From the human T2T-CHM13v2.0 reference genome, Homo sapiens, in the NCBI RefSeq assembly GCF_009914755.1, contig NC_060932.1: a stretch of 64,000 bases of DNA; one strand, written 5' to 3'. Positions 13,159-26,643 of this stretch are shown here, one piece after another. The position numbers and the translations under genes are program-made. The notes under the pieces are model-generated. The model worked only from the letters and a program-made list of their open reading frames with translations. It searched no databases and was not told where the DNA came from. Each line of letters starts with the position of its first letter. Position 1 is the stretch's first letter.

Positions 13159-14749
13159 TAAATAACTTTGTGTAGCAAATATTGGCTTTTAAAAAATTAC
13201 TTTAAAGACTTTCACTCTTTTCTGACAAAGCGATCTGTGTTGAAGCTCTTCCTGGAGGGTTTAACGCATCTGGTGCCACCACACACCAAGATAGAGGGAG
13301 ATTATTTTCCACAGTTATTTGTGTAAAGAAGATCTTAGGGTGGTAGGTGGTTTATACAAGATTTGAATATGGACAGGTTTTCTTTGGTTATTTAAAAAAG
13401 AAAACATACACAAAGAATCTGTGTAATTGAGGAGTTATCAGGTAAGTCATTTTACGTTGGGGCTATGAGTCTTTGTGAGGATCTAAGTGAATATTAACCA
13501 AGTGGAACCTTACAGAGTCAGGTGTTTCAGAGAAAAAACTTTTGATCCTGCACAATGTTAGAATATCAATGCTGTTTTTATTACAATCTATTAACAAGAG
13601 CAGCCAAAAAATGACGCCAGATCTCTCCCATACAGGAGATAATATCTTTTTTTTTCTTTTTCAGAAATAGTCAATGGCATTTTAAAGAAAGATGAAGGGA
13701 TCAAGGCTGAGGTCAGTGAGTTTACAAACAAGTAATAATAATTCCTTCAATCTAACAGCCTCTTCTTCTGCATTTCTAATTTTCTGAAAAGTCAGTTGAG
13801 CCATTCCAATAGGAAAAACATTGTAAATGTGTATACAAGATGTTTGTATCACCTCAATCTTTTTAGCTTTCATTAGGAGCATTTTTTTTGGTATAATACA
13901 CATGCTTCAATGTAGCTTTTCTATATTTGGATCATTTCATACAAGAAAAATTTAAGAATCCTTTCTTCTCTCACTGCAAAAATATCTCACTAAGCTCACC
14001 CAAGGAAGGCCATCCCATAATAAAGCTTGTTTGAATCACTTTCCCTGAAGGTACATTCAAACCCAGTTATAACATGATCTCCAGGAACTGCACAGGAGGA
14101 AGCTGTCTCCACCAGGAGCTGGATCAGATGCTGCTCGCTGTCTACCTATTGTTGACGTCCTCCTTCCCACGTGGATGCAACGTGAGCAGTCAGAAAGTCA
14201 AACTTCACGGAACGACAGAGGTGCCAAAACGGCAACTCCACCACCTGTCCGAAGATCTAAGAGAACACCAGCTGTCTGACAGTGGCTTGAACATTATACA
14301 TTCAGCTTTTCACTTACAAATATAGCTGTGAATTCACAGGGAGTAATCCTACGTGCTGGATCTCATTCTCAAGTGGGAAAATTCTATAGAAAAACTGATG
14401 TCAAATTAGCCATTTGTGGTGGTTGCTGAAGAAGACACACCAAGTCAGATGCTCCTGACTAAGCAAGGCGATACCCTCCAACTGAGCATGGAAGCCCTAC
14501 TGCAATAGGAGGGCCTTCATCATCCACACTGGTTAGCACTTGCCACTTCTTGCTGCCATTGCCTCTCATACAAGAAAGTCAAGCCAGTGTAGATCAAAAA
14601 TAATAACAATAAAAATAAAAAAATAAAAAGGTTTACCTAATTTTATTCAGAAGCTTTATTAAAGATTTTTTTTGTATTATCTGATTTTTAATCTGATTTT
14701 TAAAAAGATTTTTAAAATCTTTTTACCTTTATTAAGGTAAACTTACTTT

Positions 14750-15290
14750 GTTAGATTATCCTGAATGTACAGTTCAATGAGATTTAGTAAATTTCCGATT
14801 GTGAAACCCTATCAAAACCAAGTTCAGAAGATGTCTATCAATCAAAAAGAATAAGAAGCTTATAGAAATCTCATATAAATGGGAATATGTAATAGGGAGT
14901 CTTACATGCTTGGTTTTCATTTAGCATATTGCTCTTCAGATTCTCTCCTATAGCTGCATGCTATTCGTAGTTTCTTCCTTTTTATTACTGAGTAGATGTG
15001 TGGTTGTGTGGATATAACACATTTCCTTTATCCGTTCACCCGTCAGCACTTGCATTGCTTCCAGTTTGAGGCCATCACAGAAAATACCCTGAACATTCAC
15101 ATATAAGTCTTTTTTGTCAACATAACAATTACTTCTTTCCTGGATGTGGAATGGCTGGTGAAGATAAGTTTAACTCATTTAGAAACTGTCAAAGTGTTTT
15201 TCAAAGTAGCTGCAACATTTTTTAAATCCTCACCAGAAATATTGGAAAATTCCAGTTTCTCCACAGTATTCCAACACTTGGAAGCCTGAG
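14750..15290 (-). mobile_element. Old L1M 3' fragment
   Basis: tcatataaatgggaat..., catttagcata..., ttccttttattactgagtag..., ttccagtttgaggcc motifs. Confidence 0.7.
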
Positions 15291-16087
15291 TCAGTTCATG
15301 TGAATTTTAATTCGACCTCTAAGTAAAAAAGATGTGTTACAAATGTGCATCTTGTGATTATTCCAGTCGCCTGAGGAGGAAGGAGGGTGGGCAGGATTTT
15401 TACTAAAAGTCAAATTTTGAGGTGTTTTAAGTAGATTTGGTAGTAGAAAAAGATGATCATTTCATTCATTTTTTCAATTTATTTTTTTCCAAATTTTCTC
15501 ATTTTTCTTCAAGACATTACAGAAAACCTGAAGAAACATGAAATAAAGAAGGAAATAAAACCCATTCATAACCTGCTACCCCTGAATAAATCCAGCAAGC
15601 TTCTTGTCCATGCTTTCTCTTGGTCTGTGTCCAGGGTCATGCAATGATTTTCCAGTCATGACTGTGAAACAAATCAATTCTAAATTTTACAGTACCTCTT
15701 ACCTATGTTCCATTGCTACATGGTCTTCATATTTAATGTGTAATGAATGCCTGGTGTTTCTGTCTCTCATTTTACTTTAAATTATATGATGTTTTTCTAC
15801 TCTGAAAATATTTATTTCATTAATGTTTACTATTTAGTAATATATCAATATATCTATATCTGTCAGTATCGATCCATCTGTCTACATAGTATGGAGACTT
15901 GTGTTCTGTTTTCTTCCTTCAGATTTGTTATTTAGAACTTGTTTTCATCAATAGCGCTGAACAGGTCAATGATATGAATACTTTATGATTATCAGAACAT
16001 GTTTCCAAACTGCCTTCAAAATTGCATATGTAGAGAGACAGTGTCAGTTTTACTTTGGCCTCACTGGTTTGGGAAGCAACATGACTG

Positions 16088-16389
16088 TTTTTTTTTTGTT
16101 TTTTTTTTTTTGAGACGAAATGTCACTCTGTTGCCCAGGCTGGAGGGCAGTGGCACATTCTCGGCTCACTGTAACATCTGCCTCTCAGGTTCCAGCGATT
16201 CTCCTGCCTCAGTCTCCTGAGTAGCTGGGACTACAGGCCCACCACACCCAGCTAATTTTTTTTGTATTTTTAGTAGAGACAGGGTTTCACCATCTTAACC
16301 AGGCTAGTCTCGATCTCCTGACCTCGTGATCTGCCCACCTTGGCCTCCCAAAGTGCTGGGATTACAGGCGTGAGCCACCGCAACCGGCC
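16088..16389 (-). mobile_element. Alu (Sc/Y-like)
   Basis: Poly-T plus reverse Alu; gtctcgatctcctgacctcgtgatc. Confidence 0.93.
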
Positions 16390-16394
16390 TGACT

Positions 16395-16670
16395 TTGCTC
16401 TTCTCCTTCAATATTGTATTGGCTCTTCTGAATCTTTTCCTCTCTGTATAAACTTTAGAATCAGTTTGTTGATATCCACATATAACTTACTGGGATTTTG
16501 ATTGGAATCATACTTAGTATACATCAATTTAGATGTGCAAATATAGATCAATTTGCATTAAATATAGATCACTATAGATTGACATCTTGACAATAATGAG
16601 GCTTCCTATCTATGAATAAGGAATGTATCTTTATTTAGTTACTCTTTGATTTCTTTCATCAGTTTTGTAG
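16395..16670 (-). mobile_element. Old L1M ORF2-region fragment
   Basis: tataaactttagaatcagtttgttgatatcc..., gggattttgattggaat, attgacatcttgacaata. Confidence 0.7.
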
Positions 16671-18530
16671 TTTAGATCTTAGAGACAATTTCTATAATTT
16701 TAGACATGATAACTCACCTTTCTAAAACTTTACTTTCTATTCTAGAAATTAAGGTTATTAATAGTACCTAGCCCCACAGGGTTGCTAACAAAATCAATTG
16801 AGACAATGCAGATGTATCTCTAAAAGCCAGATATGGGATCGCAGAACACTCAGAGGATGCCCCCTAATGCTCCCTTTCAAGCTCAGAAGCTGATGCTCAA
16901 GAGCTTTTCTCGCCCTGGAGTCCTTGCTATCTCCCTTTCTATCGACTCCGGTTTCTAAAGAAGACGCTAAAACTGTGAGTTCTTAAGCCTAGGTTCTTAC
17001 CAATACAGGGAGAAATCGTCTTGGTAATCTCCATCTCAGAATCATAAGAATTCAAGACATTTTCTGGGATGACATTTTCTTTCCCTCATGTACTCTTCTG
17101 TCTTTTTTTTTAATGTGGTAAAAAAGAATAACGGGCTCATATGAATTCTGGAAAGTTATACAAGTCCTTGACTTTCCACCTATCAGTATTCAAACTCCAT
17201 CTGCGAGGCAGATTCTAAGACCTTCATCGTGAGCTTTCTATTATGAGATAAGATGGTCTGGAAATAAAAGCTGGGACACCAGGTGGAAACAGGATGGTGG
17301 TAAAGGCCTATAGAACAAAAGGTGACTCTGGAGGCCAAAGGTCATGGGAGCAGAGTCAATGACATCAGCCAAGTTAACCATGCAGTCCCAGAGCCCCTGC
17401 AGATGGCCACAGGGAGCACCTCATCAGCAGAACTGGAGCAGGCGCGGAACCGACAGACCAGGCGACCTTGCAGGGGCCCCAGTGCCTCAGGCAGGAGTCT
17501 GCCTAGGGTGCTGGGCTGAGGATGAGCCTTGGGCTGGACTGTGTGAATATGGTGGGAAAATTCTAACTTAGCGAGAGGCATTCGAGAGCAAGAGTGGCTG
17601 GGTTTGAGGTCTCATTTTATGCTTCCTCCCTGTGGAATCTATCACAATGTCTCTCATTTCTTGGGCTCATAAGGGTGACGTGAGAGGATTAATTGAGGCA
17701 ATAATGTGCGAAACACAAAATAGTGCAAAACAGTTAGCATACTGTCTCGCGTATAGAAGCAGTTCAAAATATGTTCACTCTTATTGTCTTGTTGGTACCT
17801 TTCCAGATGCACTTGTGTCCAAAATAGAAAGTAGGATTAAAGTTATTTCAACAAATTCTTCCCATATAAATCTTTCAGGTCAATGTGGCCTGCTGTGTTA
17901 AATAATTAGTCTAGGCATTTGTTATTTTTTTCTTTGCTCCTTCAGCATGAGATTCAGTACGTATAGGAAATGCAAACCTCCTTTTCTTTTCCTTATTTTC
18001 CAACCATCAAACTTTTCAAACGTAAATAAAACCTTAGACTTTGAGGCTTCCTGAATTTACCTGTGTTACATTCAAAAGAACTATTTTCTGATGTATTTTT
18101 CTGTTGTTTAGCCAAATCCTTGTGGGTAAGCAAATTATTTCTAATTATATCCTCTTGCACAGCAGTTTCATTTTCTTATATCACAGAAGCCTTCTTTAGG
18201 TAGAACTTCTTGAGACTCTACCACTGACTCAGGTCCCACTTTTTTTTTTCAACACAGGATTTAATTTTATTTGTATTCATGCATAATGTGTCAGACATAG
18301 GATAGAAACAAGCACAGCTTAGAGGAGAAGAAAGGGGCTGCAGTCAGAGGTGTTATTGTCAAACTATGCTAAAATATGAATCGTTTCCAATGATTTTTAC
18401 CAAATATTCATGAGCCAACATTATTTACAAAGGGCACACGCTTTACAAATAAAACCAGATATTGATATCTCCAACTTGCAGCTTGGAAAGTTGTGATCCA
18501 AGAATGGTTCTATGATCATCCGAGGTCTCA

Positions 18531-18898
<368 letters not shown>

Positions 18899-18977
18899 TC
18901 AATGCTCATTATTTCATAATTTAAAATATAATGTATTTCAAATATAAATTATGGCATAGAGTATAAAAAATCAACAT

Positions 18978-19738
18978 ATGATCAGGGAAGTACAAATCAC
19001 AACCACAGTGTGATACCACCTTACTCCTGCAAGAATGGACATAATAAAAAAAAGTCAAAAAAATAGTAGATGTTTGCATGAATGCGGTGAACAGGGAACA
19101 CTTCTACACTGCTGATGGGAAGGTAAACTAGTACAACCACTGTGGAAAACAGTGTGGAGATTCCTTAAAGAACTAAAAGTAGAACTACCATTTGATCTAG
19201 CAATCCCACCACTGGACATCTACCCAGAGGAAAATAAGTTATTACACGAAAAAGTTACCTGCACACACGTTTATAGCAGCACAATTTGCAACTGCAAAAA
19301 TGTGGAACCAACCCAAATGCCCATCAATCAATGAGTGGATAAAGAAACTGTGAATACATATATATATATATGAATGATGGAATACTACTCAACTATAAAA
19401 AGGAATGAATTAATGGCATTTGCAGCGACCTGGATGAGATTGGAGATTATTGTTCTAAGTGGGTTAACTCAGGAATGAAAAACCAAACATCGTATGTTCT
19501 CATTCCTAAGTGGGAGCTAAGCTATGAGGATGCAAAGGCATAAGAATGACACATTGGATTTTGGGGGCTCAGGGGGAAGGTGTGGAAAGAGGGTGAGTGA
19601 TAAAAGGCTACAAATAAGGTGCAATGTATACTGCTTGGGTGATGGGTGCACCAAAATCTCACAAATCACCACTAAAGAGCTTATGCATGTAACCAAATAT
19701 CACCTGTCCCCCAATAACCTATGGAAATAAAAAAAAAA
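18978..19738 (+). mobile_element. 5'-truncated L1PB-type LINE-1 (ORF2 end plus 3' UTR)
   Basis: ORF 19152 [26 protein letters not shown] is a remnant of the L1 ORF2 C-terminus; poly-A; TSD aaaaaatcaacat. Confidence 0.92.
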
Positions 19739-19819
19739 TCAACATGTAGGTACTTGTACAACTTGTAAAAGTTAAAACTTTTTTCTACTTTCTTCACATT
19801 GTATTGGAAGTAAATAAAG

Positions 19820-19960
19820 GTGATAGATAACTGATAGATACATAGATAAACAATAGGATGATAGAAAAATAGACAAATGATAGATAGGTGTTAAATGGAA
19901 AGAAGATAGATGATAGGATGATAAATATATAGATGATAGATAAAGAGGAGAAAGAGAGAA
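19820..19960. repeat. Degenerate (GATA)n/purine-rich repeat
   Basis: Recurrent gatagat/gatagga. Confidence 0.7.
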
Positions 19961-20587
19961 ATTGGGTAATAGAATGTGAAAATAGACGTGAAATGCTTAA
20001 ATCATGACCTGGTGCACACTGCTTTCTCTATAACCCCATGAGGTAGATAATATTATCCTATCCATCTTAAATGTCTCTAAATAGCTTTCCCAAGTTTCCA
20101 TTTCAGACAACTTGGAAGCTCTCCACGTAGCACCATTCAAATCCATTACCCATTCTCTCACCTTAGGAGTCACTACTAATCTGAATATGACGTTATTTCG
20201 TTCTATGCATTTCTAATAACTGGATTACATATATATGCATCCCTTTGCAACACACAATGTGATTTTTAATCATTTTGATAAGTGGATCTATACTGTCCAC
20301 GTTCTTTGAGATGCCAGGACAGGAAGGTTGGCCAGAATTGAACACCAGAGTCTATCAGGACAGCATCCAAAACAGAGCTCCACCCCATGCACCAAGCTTG
20401 GAAGGCACCGCCAACATAGCCAGGACCTGATACAGACAGCAGTGCTGTCCTGGGCTGCCCCAGACCTCCAGATGCAGGGTGGCTTTTTAATGCTCGGAAA
20501 TCATTGAACACACTAATAGTGCGAAGAAATGTCAGGTAATTCCCGTGGCATAAGTCTTATCCTTTCCAGTTAAGTACATTTTTATAT

Positions 20588-20906
20588 ATTTTTTAGACAG
20601 GGTCTCCCTCTGTCGCTCAGGTTGGAGTGGAGTGGCGGGATCTCAGCTCACTGCGACCTTGGCCTCCATGCTCAAGTGATCCTCCCACTTCAGCCTCCTA
20701 AGATGTTGGAAAAACAGTTGCATTTCACCACGACTGCATATGCCATCACGATAGCCTAATTTATTTATTTATTTATTTTTTTTTTTTGCAGCAACAGGGT
20801 CTCCCTGTGTTGCCCAGGTTGGTCGTGAACTCCTGGGCTCAAACAATCCTCCCGCCTCAGCCTCCCAAAGTGCTAGGAATACAGGTATGAGCCCGCACGC
20901 CCAGCC
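20588..20906 (-). mobile_element. AluJ-type element
   Basis: agacagggtctc..., tcctgggctcaaacaatcctcccgcctcagcctcccaaagtgct. Confidence 0.9.
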
Positions 20907-23273
20907 CCAATTAAATACTTCATTTATACATAATCCTATGGACTAAGGGGTCCACACAGCCTGAAAAAAATAGGAAAGTGAGTCGTCTTGCACTTTCCCT
21001 TTAGAAACTGTGTGATAAACTAAAAGTTGCTGTGATATCCACAAAAGAATAACGCCTTAAAACAAGCAAACCAACAGGTCTTCTAAGCAGTATTGCAAAA
21101 CAATTCTTGCTGTCCTTTAGCCCAAGATATTTTAGTCGTGAAAAGCAGTGAATAGTGGGTGTCCGTCATCCTCCAAAGAACATGAAGCTTGTTGAAAGCC
21201 ACTGGCTTCCAGGCCCTCTGGTTGGGTGCATGCCCCTGGAAGCATTCAACCCCTCTGAAGGGTTTTGATTAAATGCAGCAAAGGAGGCTTTTAGCAACTC
21301 TCTCAGCCATCTGAGCAGTTGTGACTGTCATTTAGGCCCAGTAATTTGTCATTATATTCAGAGACAGCAGAGCTGAGGATGGTGTTTCACGCTTGCAGGG
21401 CAGTGGATTTGAAGTGCGCAGCCCCAGTTGTTGGCCACACAGAGGCTTGGTGAGCCGGGGTGAATCTCTGAGGTTCTTTCTCAGTCTACGTTGTAACTAT
21501 GGCTGTCTAGTTCCTCAACTGCAAGTAACAGTCACTAAGCCTGGATAACTTGAAGAAAAAAAGACAATTGTATAGAAAGATATGGGGTTGCTCCCAGAAT
21601 TAAGAGAAAAGGCCGGTGAGCAGGTCGTGGGAATGCAAGTGGCCCTGTGGAATGAAAGACTGACCTCCTGGCAGGGAGTGGGTTGACGGACTGAGGGTAA
21701 ATTCAGCCAGATGTACCTGACCCTGCAGGTCAGGCCCCGATTCCTGGGAGAGGAGTCAGTCCCAGCTCAACCACATGAGTGTGATTCCCCCACGCCCAGT
21801 CGGGGACAATCGAGGAATTGTGAGCAATGCTCATTAAAGCTGATTGTCATCAGGAGGAGTGACTCCCAGGGAAACTCCAGGTGCCAGTCCCACAGGAGAA
21901 GAGGACGCAAACTGGGTTTCAATAGCCACAGATGTCCGTGCTGTGGATGGTAACACGGTCGCCTATTCTGCAGCCTTTAATACATCAAATAATTATAGAA
22001 GCCCCATATTTTTTAGGAAAGCACTCAAACCGAGGCACAGAGCAAGACAGATTTTATTTATTATTTTAAAGAACCGTAGCGTGAAACACACTGTGGGATC
22101 ATTACTTTCTTGCTGCCCCCGAAAGCTTCAACTCAATATGTTAATAACTCACAAGGGTGTATTATGTATGAGCATTCTGTGGAATGTGAAAATTAGTAAT
22201 AGAGAGTACTTATTTCCCTTTGAATTCTTAGCTTTGGTAATTATTTACTCAATGAAGCGAAAGAAGATTCACAGGTAGAATGACAGAAAAATTCAGAAAA
22301 AAAATTGGATAAGAAAGGGAATATTGGATGCATTTCATAATGTGACGGTTTCTTGAAAAATGAGAAAGTTGAAGCAAGAGAAACCTGACCTGTAATATCA
22401 GCTCTGCCTATCTGTGTGTCGTTGGGTAAACCAACCAACTTATTTAACTTCCTGCTTCTTCATCTAAATTATCAAAGTGGCAAAACCCTCTCGGTTGGAT
22501 TATGGGGGTTTTGCAACGTCTGCGAGTCACAAAGTGCAGTGTCTCGCGCTCGGTATTTCCTCAATAAATGGCACCTAAATGCAGTTGCTGGCCAGCAAGA
22601 CTCAGATTGCAAGTTGGACATCAAAACTTGGTCGCTGCGAAGCCACCGTGGGCTATTTTGGAAATATTATTGGTTGTTTTTCATTTTGTAATAACTTGAC
22701 TCTCAGAGAAAGTAGTGTATCATTCTGTTGAACTGCAAGACATTCGGCGTGATGGGCCACCAAGGACGTGTAAAGCATTGTGTTTTCTGTCAGCCCAGAA
22801 ATGAACGGGGGACCGCTGGTTCTGAGTTTAAAAAGCGGTTTGATTTTTTTGAGCCTTCTTTAAATGTGTTATTTGGAGTGCTCTGTTAAGTAGGTCTATA
22901 ATTCTCTTTCATGTCATTTTTTTAGTGTGGTGAACGTTTACAAACAGAGCTCCCAAACTGAAAAGAAATCATAAAAAAACATAGGTTTTGGTTTGGAGGA
23001 AACCAAGTTTTCTTACCGTTTTTAATGTGAACCATCAAGAAATCTGTCAGCTTCAACGTTACTATTCTGTGTCTCATGGTTCCTGCTAAATGTGCTATTG
23101 ATTAATCATGACGATGAAGTGAATGTCGTGGGAAAAATATGGAGCTTCATTTTGAATATCCTAAAGGCTCATTATGAAGACTCCCATTCCTTCCCTCCCC
23201 TGCAAGGGACTCAGGTGCGCATATTAAAGTGAAAATAAATTCACACAGAAAAATAGAAATCTAAAATTAAATA

Positions 23274-23279
23274 TTTAAT
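23274..23279 (-). terminator. Probable distal polyadenylation signal (ATTAAA)
   Basis: tttaat on +; the minus strand continues TTTTAGATTTCTATTTTTCTGTGTGAATTTATTTTC (U/GU-rich downstream element). Confidence 0.7.
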
Positions 23280-24271
23280 TAGAACTCTGATTTGCTTTAA
23301 AGATTGGTGGCATTGCACAGGCTATATTACACCCTCTTTATAATTTTTTTGACAAAAAAAAGATACTGTTCATTTTAACAGGCCACTTTAATATTAATAC
23401 ATGTGTAATAGGATTGGAACTGAAAATCAGCTAGAGATGGTACATTTTACATTATTGGGAAAATTACAGTTCTGTATTGTAAAAACATTTATTTTTTAAC
23501 AATGTACCTACATTAATCAAAAAATTACAGCATATTTAATAATTTTACAAATTCTTCATAAAAAATATATCTCTGTACAAAAAGGTCTTTCGCACCTACG
23601 TCGTGACAGCAGCGTGTGGTGGGACGGGAGGGAGGGTCGGCGATGACAATGGGTTTTCCTGATCATAATGCCAGCGTTCTTTTTTTTACCCCCTTTTTAT
23701 AATAGCTTTTTGTTGTTGTTTACAAAATATTTTACAGAAGAAAAAAATTATTGCAGCTAGCCTGAAAAAAGGCAAGATGTGTGTGTAAAACAAGCAGCAG
23801 TTTTAAACAGCTCTGAAGCACGTGTCCTCTGTTAGTGTGTGGTCGCGTCCCTCACGCGTGTTCCCGTTGCCTTCAGGGAAGAGTCTTCTAGACCTAACTC
23901 AGCAAGCACAGCTCCTGACTGCCCTAAAATGAGATCCTCCAACACCTTGCGGAGACGCCGTTCAACACTGCACACAACCTTAGGAAGAAACTAGGCAGAA
24001 TTCTCACACGAGAATTTCACTGATTTTTTTTTTCATTTAAATAACATGCTTCAAACTGGCAACCCTAGGACAGTTTGACTTTGCACACAAAGGAAAATCA
24101 TATCTAATTTGATATGTGGTTTCTTGTATGTATGTATGTCCTGTCATTTCAGGATTTCATAGCATCGTTGACCAGGGAGCAGGTCAGGGATATGGGAACA
24201 GAGATGTTAATTCAGACTCTGAAGTCAGCATTTTGCACCTAGTTTGAATGACTCAAACTTAGATATGTACA

Positions 24272-24306
24272 ATATATATATATATATATATGTATGTATA
24301 TATATA
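24272..24306. repeat. (TA)n microsatellite inside the CSMD1 3' UTR
   Basis: atatatat... with tgta interruptions. Confidence 0.9.
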
Positions 24307-26483
24307 CACTAATATGTATAGTAACCCTGTTCTCCCTTGCACACGAGCCTCCTCACACTTTCAATCATCTTCTGTTTCGTTCAATGTGTGTGTTAGGAGC
24401 ACGACTCCCGCTGACCTCGTCCCGTCTACTGTGAAACAGCAATGTAAGGATTCCCACTGGCAAAGCAAATCTCCAAGGATGTGGGCAGGTTGGCCAGGGA
24501 AAACTGTGCAGAGAATTCAGCATAATGATACAGAATCCAACAGCGTGGGGTTCACAAGACAAAGGAGTCCCTAGGAGAGGCCAGTGAGTCCCCAAACAGC
24601 AGAGACCCTTTCGACCGAGGAACACAACACTGGGAGCCGAGCTCTACGGAAATGTCCGAATCAAAACGCGTGACTCTCCAAAGAATGCCCCATTTTCCTG
24701 ACTGCTTTTCCTTTTCCACATTTGAAGTCCTACATGGAAACCTTCAGTACACCAACAGATAAATCAGTCTTAAAGCTAGGTGTCAATGTGTTCACTCCGA
24801 CAACGTGAAGGCCAATTTGAACATTCTGACATTTCTATTACCAACGCCAATCTAAAATGTGAAACAGAGAAAATCTGCCACAATTGAATAGGAACTGAAA
24901 TATCAAATAATAAAATAAGTACTATCGTTTCAAAAATATTTTTATCAAATAAGTATAAGTAAAAGTAAACATGATTTTCACTTTGAATTTGTTACATAAA
25001 CTACCTCACGGCCACATCTTCTACTTCATGTTTTGATTTTTATTTGCCCTGGGGATCTTATAGATTTTATTTGCATCATAACTTATCATTTACCTATAAT
25101 GGAATTTAAACTTGAAAAGTCACTGAAATTACCTTTCCATCTGGAATCATAAAGCATGAAACAAATAACAAATGAATGTATAAAATATATCATTGTGAGA
25201 GGAGAGTGTGTGTACTTTTTCCTTCCCTCTAAAAGAACACTTGGTATTTTGATCCTGAACAATTTTCACTGAGTTCAAGGTGCTACTGTGGTATATTGTC
25301 TTTCAATGCAATATCAAAGATCGATGGCACAGTAAAAGACAAAAAAAAAAAAACAAAAAAAAACACTGCAAAAGGGAAGGCTGCATTGTGAGCTAAAACC
25401 CACAAGTTCATCGACTATCTAAAATAAATTACTATTCACAGTTTTACATGGCAAACAGAAATTTCTGCAAACCCCCTGCTATTAAGTAGTATCAGAGAGA
25501 CAGTAATTGGATGAGGATGGTACTAAAGGAGGAAAACGTGTGAAATAAGGAGGCTTCTGTTTTTTTCTCATTGGACCTCTTCAATGAATTCAACACGTAA
25601 ATGGAGCTAATTGAAGCAATAATAAAATAAATCTCTTCAATACTGTATTTCCTTTTAAAATCTGTGCCATATCTAGGAATACTTTTCCCTAACACTCCAA
25701 CTAAGCTGATGGGGGAATGTTTAGCTTGATAATATGAAATAATGCTTATATACAATGGATAGTGTGTATAAACCCTGTGTAAATAATTTATTTTTTTATC
25801 AGAATCTTAGTCATTCATAACACACTAGTGCAAAAAATTGTGCATTAAACATTCTGCGACAGAACAGCTGACTGGGAAATTGCAAACATCCCTAGAGATG
25901 AACACACAGGGGAGCTGTGAGGTCCTCAAAGCTTGTCAGGTCTCGGAAGGACAGAGTGAAGCATTTGTAGGTGTGAGCCTCTATCAGAAAGGTGTCTTCT
26001 TCCAGAAAGCTTTTTATTTTTTTCAGAGTATTCGTGTTCATGGGGGTTTAAAAAGGAAAAACAACACAAGAGAACACATATCGTGGTGCCACCATTCTGT
26101 CACCGCACCTGAGGGACATATCCACGAGCCCAGACGATTGCATTGAAAGGCATCTCAGCAACACAGAAATATGAAAGTCTGAGGCATTGAGTATGACGTG
26201 TTGGCGCGACGCGGCAGTCTTCCTGGAGTGTGCCTTGATTTCATACAGATGCAGCCAGGCATTTAGAACCCACTTTTGGAATGAAAACGCATGTGTAGTT
26301 TGATCCGTAGAAGACCCTGACACATTTGAGTAGAGATCCCCGCTGCACTTATGCCAGTAGACAAGGTTGAAGATCGCTGCAGTAAAGCCAGAGTGGAAGG
26401 GAGAGTGGTATATGGCACCAAAGGAATCACTGCTTGTCCATCAGAGGTATGGCTATGAATCAGTCCTGTTGGGGCACTGAGGG

Positions 26484-26643
26484 CTATACCACTGTACAGA
26501 CTGTGTTCAGAGTTGTGTCAAACCTCACAGCCTTGGCTTCTGTGGGTTTTAAGTTTGTATCATACATGGGGTTTTCAAACGATGCTTGTCCATTGCTGTT
26601 TTCATGCCCAGCATAGCCATTGTATTGAACTTTTGGTCTCGTT
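26484..26643 (-). CDS. CSMD1: CSMD1 last exon, coding part (cytoplasmic tail, TAG stop at 26486-26484)
   Basis: ctattttccttag|A acceptor; (R)TRPKVQYNGYAGHENSNGQASFENPMYDTNLKPTEAKAVRFDTTLNTVCTVV*, recognised CSMD1 C-terminus. Confidence 0.97.

Larger units (their letters stand above)
23255..26483 (-). other. CSMD1: CSMD1 3' UTR (~3.2 kb; distal end approximate)
   Basis: Follows the stop codon, contains no recognisable interspersed repeats, AU-rich, ends at ATTAAA plus a downstream U/GU-rich element. Confidence 0.8.

Noticed and set aside
19152-19730. ORFs resembling L1 ORF2
   Set aside because: Fragments of a ~760-bp truncated, decayed L1PB; not a functional gene.
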